A DNA stretch of 59,836 nucleotides, the filler included. It is 6 parts of 6 records of this genome, joined end to end, with 100 filler letters (N's around TTAATTAATTAA, not from the genome) between each part and the next. Parts side by side here need not be neighbours in the genome. Positions count along the whole stretch, not along the records: positions 53,495 to 59,836 come from SRR31147125_8545; 5 more parts are not named here. One strand, given 5' to 3'. Position 1 is the first letter of the stretch; the number at the start of each line of letters is the position of its first letter. Both the position numbers and the translations under genes were made by a program. Positions 53,653 to 59,836 of the stretch are shown here, piece after piece. Under the pieces are notes generated by a model. That model was not told the origin of the DNA. It worked only from the letters and a program-made list of their open reading frames with translations, and made no database searches.

Positions 53653-54498
53653 GTGATGATACTACCTGCTTTGCTCATGCTCATGATTTTCGTCATCATC
53701 CCGTTGTTCATGTCTCTGCAGAAAAGTACCACTAACTGGACATTCTACAAACCGCCGGAGTTCGTTGGGTTCGACAACTATCGCATGATTCTGAATACAA
53801 CCTACTTCCGTCAGGCTGTTGGCAACGCATTTAAATTTGTTATTATCACCGTCCCATTACGACTCATTATCTGCTTTCTATTTGCGAATATCCTGAAAGG
53901 AGTCATAAGGAGTTTTTCCAATTTTGTCAGAACGGCAATCTATATTCCCGGACTTATGTCAGGTGTAGTAACAGCAGTAATCTTCTTTTTCATCCTCCAT
54001 TACAAGGGTGGTATTGCTAACCAGCTGATCATGATTTTCGGAGGTGAACGAGTAGCATTTCTCCGGGACCCGTTCTGGGCTATGGTAAGTATCATTGCCC
54101 CACGGTTGTGGCTTGACCTGGGAGGAGGAACTATTTTGATGTTTGCAGCCCTGCTCAATGTTCCCGATGAGTATTATGAAGCTGCCGCGATGGATGGAGC
54201 TGGAGCATTCAGAAAGATGATCTCCATCACCCTTCCATCGATGAAAAATATATTTCTGCTGCTTACCATTACCGGCACTACACAGACATTGCAGATGTTT
54301 GAACTTCCCTACCTCATTACCAATGGAGGACCACGCAACTCTACCCTGACACCCATGCTCTACTTGTTTAATAACTTCAGGGATGTGAACTCTAATATGG
54401 GATTCACCGTAGCAGGAGCAGTGCTTATGATGGGAGTAATTGCAATAATCAACAGCTTCATCTTTAAGATAATCAAGGCTGAAAGGTCAACGGAGTAG
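53653..54498 (+). CDS. Carbohydrate ABC transporter permease (MalF/UgpA type); true start uncertain
   Basis: FVGFDNY; YYEAAAMDGA EAA loop; TNGGP. Confidence 0.92.
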   Translation: MMILPALLMLMIFVIIPLFMSLQKSTTNWTFYKPPEFVGFDNYRMILNTTYFRQAVGNAFKFVIITVPLRLIICFLFANILKGVIRSFSNFVRTAIYIPGLMSGVVTAVIFFFILHYKGGIANQLIMIFGGERVAFLRDPFWAMVSIIAPRLWLDLGGGTILMFAALLNVPDEYYEAAAMDGAGAFRKMISITLPSMKNIFLLLTITGTTQTLQMFELPYLITNGGPRNSTLTPMLYLFNNFRDVNSNMGFTVAGAVLMMGVIAIINSFIFKIIKAERSTE

Positions 54499-54501
54499 AT
54501 T

Positions 54502-55338
54502 ATGGCATCAGCAGGAAACAGAAAACCGGTTACGATTATCAGTACTGTAATATCAGCTCTTATTGTCATAACCTTCATAGCCCCATTAATATGGATGATC
54601 ATCTCCAGCTTCAAGTACAACCGCGAAGTACTGGCTGTTCCACTTAAGGTTTTTCCTTCCGTATGGACATTGGAAAACTACAGAGAAGTACTCACTTCAA
54701 TAAATCCATCTTTTCTACGCTCAATGCTGATGACTTTTATTGTCTCGGCTTCTTCGGTAATTCTATCGTTAGCATTAAATATGATGGCAGCATATTCATT
54801 CGCGCGGCTTGATTTCAAATTCAAGAAGCTGCTCTGGGTAGTCTGTATATCAACCATGTATATACCCGGCATCACTATCCTCATATCATCGTTTCTGGTG
54901 GTAAGTGCACTTGGCATGCTCAACACAATGGCTGTCCTGATTCTACCAGGGGTCATTTCCGGCTATAACATCTTCTTTTTCAGACAGTTTTTTCTGGGTA
55001 CTCCGAAGAGCCTGGAAGAAGCTGCCCTGATAAATGGTGCCGGCCGCTTCAAAATATTCCTCTATATTTTCCTGCCACTGGCTAAAGCTCCAATGATCAT
55101 TCTCGGAGCAGGCGTATTCATCGGCTACTGGAACAGTTTTATCTGGCCCACCATGACCATATCAAGCAAAAACCTTTTTATGATTATGCAGATAATTCGG
55201 TCATACCAGTCGCAATACGCATCGAACTACGGAAATGTACTGGCGGCTACTTCGATGTCGATTATTCCGCCCTTAATTCTCTTCGCTCTTTTCCAGAAAT
55301 ACATAGTGAAAGGTATGGTGCTGTCGGGACTTAAATAA
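54502..55338 (+). CDS. Carbohydrate ABC transporter permease (MalG/UgpE type)
   Basis: AAYSFAR; LEEAALINGA; WNSFIWP; QKYIVKG. Confidence 0.93.
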   Translation: MASAGNRKPVTIISTVISALIVITFIAPLIWMIISSFKYNREVLAVPLKVFPSVWTLENYREVLTSINPSFLRSMLMTFIVSASSVILSLALNMMAAYSFARLDFKFKKLLWVVCISTMYIPGITILISSFLVVSALGMLNTMAVLILPGVISGYNIFFFRQFFLGTPKSLEEAALINGAGRFKIFLYIFLPLAKAPMIILGAGVFIGYWNSFIWPTMTISSKNLFMIMQIIRSYQSQYASNYGNVLAATSMSIIPPLILFALFQKYIVKGMVLSGLK

Positions 55339-55390
55339 ACCATCCGACAAAACGAATTTATATAACTATCTTATAATTTGAGAGGAAACC

Positions 55391-56512
55391 ATGAAACATA
55401 CAGCAAGTCTGCAGAATATCATCTACAAGCGTCCCGGAACCAGAAAAAGAGTCTCCTCCTACGATAAAAGCGGCGGCAACGACGACCGTATTTACATAAA
55501 ACCAGGTGATACGGCAGCTATAGCCGATATCCGGGGAGCTGGTGTCATTTCTCATATTTGGATGACCCATATGAATGAGGGATTCGAACCGGAAAAAAAC
55601 AGTTTCAGAAAAGCGGTTCTCGAATTTTTCTGGGACAATGAAGAAACCCCGAGCGTGGCCGCGCCATTGGGAGATTTTTTCGGAATGGGACACGGCATCA
55701 GTAGGAATTTTGTTTCGCAGCCCCTCCAAATGAGCCCGGAAGACGGAAAATCTCTGAACTGCTGGTTTCCTATGCCCTACAAGGAACGCGCCCTCCTGAC
55801 TGTGCGAAATGAGTGTGAAACCACCCTCATCCTCTATTTCTATGTGGATTATGAAGAGCTCCATGAAATGGATGACGACATCCTCCATTTTCATGCCCGC
55901 TGGAACCGGGAATGCCCGACGGAAGGCAAACCGCTTGATTCATTCGATAACCATCAGGATTTCTGCTTCGGCGGTGACAATACCACCGGAGATGGCAACT
56001 ACACTATTCTGGAAGCTGAAGGTGAAGGACATTACGTCGGAACCAATATCAATATCCACAACCTGAATACATCAGATAAATGGGACTGGCCCGGAGAAGG
56101 CGATGATATGATTTTCATTGATGGCGAGAAATGGCCGCCAAATATTCACGGAACCGGAACCGAGGATTATGTGAACATGGCATGGTGCCCGACCCAGGAA
56201 TACAACGCGCCGTATCACGGGTTAATTCTGGGCGGAAATGATAATTGGAAAGGGAAAATAACCTATTACCGCTATCATATTCAGGACCCGATTAATTTCC
56301 GGGAATCAATCAAGGTCACCATCGAACATGGCCACAATAATAACCGCAGTGATGACTGGAGCAGTACCGCCTACTGGTACCAGACCGAACCGCACAAATC
56401 CTATGGAGCGCTGCCGCCAGTAGAACAGCGCCTGCCAGTGGATGACCATCATCTGCTGTGGACTGGAGAAATTCAGCTGGAAAAGAAAGCAACGACCAAA
56501 GATAAGGAATAG
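55391..56512 (+). CDS. GH172 (DUF2961) exo-alpha-D-arabinofuranosidase/fructofuranosidase family, cytoplasmic
   Basis: GVISHIWMT, APLGDFFG, NCWFPMPY, GEGDDMIFIDGE, GTGTEDY, YRYHIQDPI, IEHGH, STAYWYQ. Confidence 0.93.
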   Translation: MKHTASLQNIIYKRPGTRKRVSSYDKSGGNDDRIYIKPGDTAAIADIRGAGVISHIWMTHMNEGFEPEKNSFRKAVLEFFWDNEETPSVAAPLGDFFGMGHGISRNFVSQPLQMSPEDGKSLNCWFPMPYKERALLTVRNECETTLILYFYVDYEELHEMDDDILHFHARWNRECPTEGKPLDSFDNHQDFCFGGDNTTGDGNYTILEAEGEGHYVGTNINIHNLNTSDKWDWPGEGDDMIFIDGEKWPPNIHGTGTEDYVNMAWCPTQEYNAPYHGLILGGNDNWKGKITYYRYHIQDPINFRESIKVTIEHGHNNNRSDDWSSTAYWYQTEPHKSYGALPPVEQRLPVDDHHLLWTGEIQLEKKATTKDKE

Positions 56513-56515
56513 AGC

Positions 56516-57772
56516 ATGAAACGATTTGGAAACATACGTGCTTCCCTGCTGCCGATTCTTATATTGCTGTTCATGATAGGTACGGTCACCTCCTGCACCA
56601 CCCCACCGGAAACAGCCGAGAAGGTAGAAACTGTTATTGATAAAACAGAGGCTGAAACGAACGAAGAAACCGCTGCAGAACCGAAGGTAAGTATGGGCGA
56701 ATCAATTATGGCTGCCTATACCGGCAACACATATCCCGGAAGAAATGTTGAACGAGAGGATGACTTCAACCTGAATCGTGTCTCGGAAATACGGGTTATC
56801 AGTGCTGTAACAGGAGAATACTCCCTGAATCAAACTGAAACCCGCTTTGCCGTGGGCGGCACCGATCTTGGAGTCATGTTCAATGATGAAAACCAGCTCT
56901 ACATCGCTTTCGGCGACACCTTTGCTAAAGAAGATATGCGCGGTTACTGGCGCAGTAACGTACTGGCTATCACCGAAGACAGCAACCCGCTCGATGGACT
57001 CTACATCGACCGTATGATTACCCCGTCGAACCAGCCAAATACTGCCCGCCAGATTATCCCCAGCAAGAAAATTGATAATATTGAGAAAACCACCATCCCA
57101 ACCGGCGGAATAGTGCTGGGTGATGACATATACATCTCTTATATGTCTGTCAATCATTGGGGAACACACGGCGACTGGGTCTGCAATTTCGGTGGTGTGG
57201 TAAAAAGCTCCGATCAAGGAGAAAGTTGGAAACTGCTTACCAAGCTGAGATGGCCTGGTGACAGCAATTTCTGCCAGATGGTACCCGTCCTGCATGATGA
57301 ATATGTCTATGTATGGGGTATTACCGGCGGAAGGCATGGAAGAGCTTCCATGATGAGGGTTCCCAGCGACCAGTATGAAGACTTTGACGCCTATGAATAC
57401 CTGATCGATGTCACCGAAGACGGCAATCCTGTTTGGGAAAAAGGTACAGAGGCTATGCAAAGAAAGTATGCCGTTCTGCGCAATCCCGTAGGTGAAATGT
57501 CCGTGATGTACAGTGAATATCTTGAGGAGTGGATTGTTACCTACCTTTCCGGTCCCGACCTGGTTATCACTACGGCTAAAAATCCATGGGGACCCTACTC
57601 CAGAACCAAACTACTGGTTTCACATAATGACTTTCCCGGACTGTACGGAGCATTCATGTCGCCCTTCCTGCAGACCGATCCGGAAAATCCCGATAAAATC
57701 TACTTTCTTATGTCGCTCTGGAAACCGGTCTACAATGTGCTGCTGATGGAAGCCACCCTCGAAAAACGATAG
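56516..57772 (+). CDS. DUF4185 (GH183) endo-D-arabinanase-family lipoprotein
   Basis: Lipobox VTSC; GGTDLG, FGDTF, WRSNVL, IPTGG, GEMSV, PWGPYS, LYGAF, YNV. Confidence 0.9.
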   Translation: MKRFGNIRASLLPILILLFMIGTVTSCTTPPETAEKVETVIDKTEAETNEETAAEPKVSMGESIMAAYTGNTYPGRNVEREDDFNLNRVSEIRVISAVTGEYSLNQTETRFAVGGTDLGVMFNDENQLYIAFGDTFAKEDMRGYWRSNVLAITEDSNPLDGLYIDRMITPSNQPNTARQIIPSKKIDNIEKTTIPTGGIVLGDDIYISYMSVNHWGTHGDWVCNFGGVVKSSDQGESWKLLTKLRWPGDSNFCQMVPVLHDEYVYVWGITGGRHGRASMMRVPSDQYEDFDAYEYLIDVTEDGNPVWEKGTEAMQRKYAVLRNPVGEMSVMYSEYLEEWIVTYLSGPDLVITTAKNPWGPYSRTKLLVSHNDFPGLYGAFMSPFLQTDPENPDKIYFLMSLWKPVYNVLLMEATLEKR

Positions 57773-57811
57773 AACAAAACGCACTATACCACTGAAATTG
57801 ATACGGGGAAT

Positions 57812-59206
57812 ATGAAAAGAAAAAGCATTGTTTTTATTATGACAGACCAGCAGCGTTTCGACTGCCTGGAAGGAGATGCTTTTGCGGGAACGGATTACCC
57901 TCACCTGCAGAAACTGAAATCTGAATCGGTCGTGTTCAGCGACTTCTATACGGCCGCAATTCCCTGCGTACCCTCACGCCAGGCCTTTCTGACCGGCCGA
58001 CATGAATGGATGGCCGGGGTTTCGGGTAATATCAAATTTCACAACCAGCAGTACGATACCTGGATGAGCGTGCTGTGTGAACAAGGCTACAAATGCCTAT
58101 CAGTCGGAAAAACACATGGCGTACACCACGGCAGTTACCATATTCAGATTCCAACCCTGAACTCCTTTAACAAAGAGAGTGTTGATCCCGGATTTAACCA
58201 TTTTCAGCAGGAAGCAAGTAACGAAGAAGAAAAGCTGTTTTTCGATATACTTACCACCGATACAGCTTGTGAAGTGCTGGGCAAACTGGACAAGGATGGT
58301 GGACCTTTTGCTCTCTTCATTGGATTGCATGCCCCACACGAACCCTATGTCATGCCAAAATCTTACCTGGACTTCAGTTTCAAAGATGATATGCCAAGCC
58401 CGCAGGTTGATGAACAGGATATCTCCCGCAAGTCAAAATCGCTGCAAGACCGAAAGCAATTTCTTGAAGAAAAATTCGGACCGCTTGATGATGATAAGGT
58501 AAAAACCGGCATCAGCGGTTACAGGAATCTCATGAAGATGATTGATGACTGCATGGGCAAGATTATGCACAGCCTGGAATCGATGGATATGCGGGAAGAT
58601 ATCATAACCGTATTCACCAGCGACCATGGTGAAATGCTAGGTGAACAGGGAATTTTCAATAAAGCCGCCACCTTCTATGACAGTGAAGTGCATATCCCCT
58701 GCATGATTCGGTTCCCTGAATCGTTCGGTTCATTTGGAAAATCCCGCACCGTGAACGGACTTGCATCCAGCATCGATATGATGCCGACTATCCTGGATCT
58801 GCTTGATATTGATTACGATATCTCCCTGCCCGGCATGTCTCTGCGAAAAGCAATTGCACAGGGGCAGACCGGACGTAAATCAGTTTTAAGCAGCAACTGC
58901 CATGGATTCATGCTGAGAACAGACCAATACAAATTCTGGCTGGATTCACGCTATGGTGATGGTGAACTGTACAACCTTGATAACGACCCGTCTGAAAAAC
59001 ATAATCTGTTTCATGATGCCGATTATCGGGAAATTCGTGCCGAATTGACGGAGAAGCTGCTGCTGGATAGAATTAAGACTGACTTAGCAACCAACGCACC
59101 CAATTCAAGCGAATGCAATCAGTATCTGGAGGCATCGATAGCCGGCAAGCTGGAAGTGCCGTATCTGGACTGGGTGAAAAAACGAGGATCAGGTAATTTT
59201 TCATGA
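57812..59206 (+). CDS. S1 (formylglycine-dependent) sulfatase, cytoplasmic
   Basis: MTDQQR, CVPSRQAFLTGR, GKTH, PHEP, TSDHGE, ELYNLDNDP. Confidence 0.93.
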   Translation: MKRKSIVFIMTDQQRFDCLEGDAFAGTDYPHLQKLKSESVVFSDFYTAAIPCVPSRQAFLTGRHEWMAGVSGNIKFHNQQYDTWMSVLCEQGYKCLSVGKTHGVHHGSYHIQIPTLNSFNKESVDPGFNHFQQEASNEEEKLFFDILTTDTACEVLGKLDKDGGPFALFIGLHAPHEPYVMPKSYLDFSFKDDMPSPQVDEQDISRKSKSLQDRKQFLEEKFGPLDDDKVKTGISGYRNLMKMIDDCMGKIMHSLESMDMREDIITVFTSDHGEMLGEQGIFNKAATFYDSEVHIPCMIRFPESFGSFGKSRTVNGLASSIDMMPTILDLLDIDYDISLPGMSLRKAIAQGQTGRKSVLSSNCHGFMLRTDQYKFWLDSRYGDGELYNLDNDPSEKHNLFHDADYREIRAELTEKLLLDRIKTDLATNAPNSSECNQYLEASIAGKLEVPYLDWVKKRGSGNFS

Positions 59207-59836
59207 AACCCAACATTATTTTCATTTTCGCCGACCAGCTGCGCTATGACGCCCTGGGGTGCAACGGCAACCCGATTGTGAAAACCCCCAATATCGACTC
59301 ACTGGCTAATAACGGCATCTCTTTCGATAGCTGTTACTCCACCTGTCCTCTCTGCAGCCCCTATCGCGGAGCCATGCTGACCGGTAATTACCCACATACC
59401 AATGGTGTCGTCGATAATGAATACGGGATTTTCCCGAACCAGAAAACCGCTCCATCATACTTCTCACAAGCCGGATATAAAACCGCTTTCATCGGAAAAT
59501 GGCATCTGGGATACGGTCCCTACCCCAAAAACAAACGTTTCGGGTTCGATGACATGTACGCATACAACAACGAACACAACTACTACCATGTTTCCTATTT
59601 CCATAATGAGGAAGGACCGTTCAAGGTTGATGGTTACGCACCGATCAAGGAGACAGAGCTGGTAAATAACTACATAACGGATAACGCTAACCAGCCCTTC
59701 TATCTCTGCGTCGGTTTCGGCCCGCCGCACTGGAAATTCCCCTATGATGACGACCCGGATGATCGTGACTACCACTGCCATCCCGACCAGTACAATATAT
59801 ATGACCCTGATGACATCCCCATCCCTCCCAATGTCC
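59203..59836 (+). CDS. Second S1 sulfatase, 3' end runs off the window
   Basis: Manual translation MKPNIIFIFADQLRYD...KTPNID...CSPYRGAMLTG...GKWHLG; ATGA overlap with the upstream stop; absent from the ORF track. Confidence 0.93.
   Translation, partial: MKPNIIFIFADQLRYDALGCNGNPIVKTPNIDSLANNGISFDSCYSTCPLCSPYRGAMLTGNYPHTNGVVDNEYGIFPNQKTAPSYFSQAGYKTAFIGKWHLGYGPYPKNKRFGFDDMYAYNNEHNYYHVSYFHNEEGPFKVDGYAPIKETELVNNYITDNANQPFYLCVGFGPPHWKFPYDDDPDDRDYHCHPDQYNIYDPDDIPIPPNV

Noticed and set aside
59402-59781. Track ORFs 59402-59665 and 59464-59781
   Set aside because: Overlap the real sulfatase frame starting at 59203

Overview
This window is not one locus. It is six unrelated contigs joined by identical 100-nt artificial linkers (N44-TTAATTAATTAA-N44, stops in all six frames), typical of a concatenated metagenome assembly. 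Taxon calls are inferred from gene content and signals only. Contig A (1-5734, Clostridia-like): stalk-domain/tandem DUF1566 secreted protein missed by the ORF track, MazG-like enzyme, hybrid histidine kinase plus a frameshifted REC-HD-GYP regulator. Contig B (5835-14054, AT-rich Clostridia-like): CDP-alcohol phosphatidyltransferase, Cu/Zn SOD, a three-gene ExbB/TolQ + two ExbD-like operon, L,D-transpeptidase, APC-USP permease. Contig C (14155-32699, diderm polysaccharide degrader): Gfo/Idh/MocA, GH2 with LamG insertion, ArsR-DUF2087/GIY-YIG pair with two visible operators, sialidase-like, folD, SGNH, UroD-like, RhaT, sulfatase. Contig D (32800-40129): ecfT-truA-fsa-htrA, OPT transporter-PqqD/RRE-aminopeptidase, cdsA. 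Contig E (40230-53394, Bacteroidales): RelA, ligA, dapA, PAS kinase/regulator, LpoB. Contig F (53495-59836): sugar ABC permeases, GH172 (DUF2961), GH183 (DUF4185) lipoprotein and two sulfatases. The best candidates for undescribed systems are the GH172/GH183/sulfatase D-arabinan locus, the ExbB/ExbD-like motor in an apparent monoderm, and the OPT + stand-alone RRE module. I saw no CRISPR array, rRNA, tRNA, transposase or reverse transcriptase.
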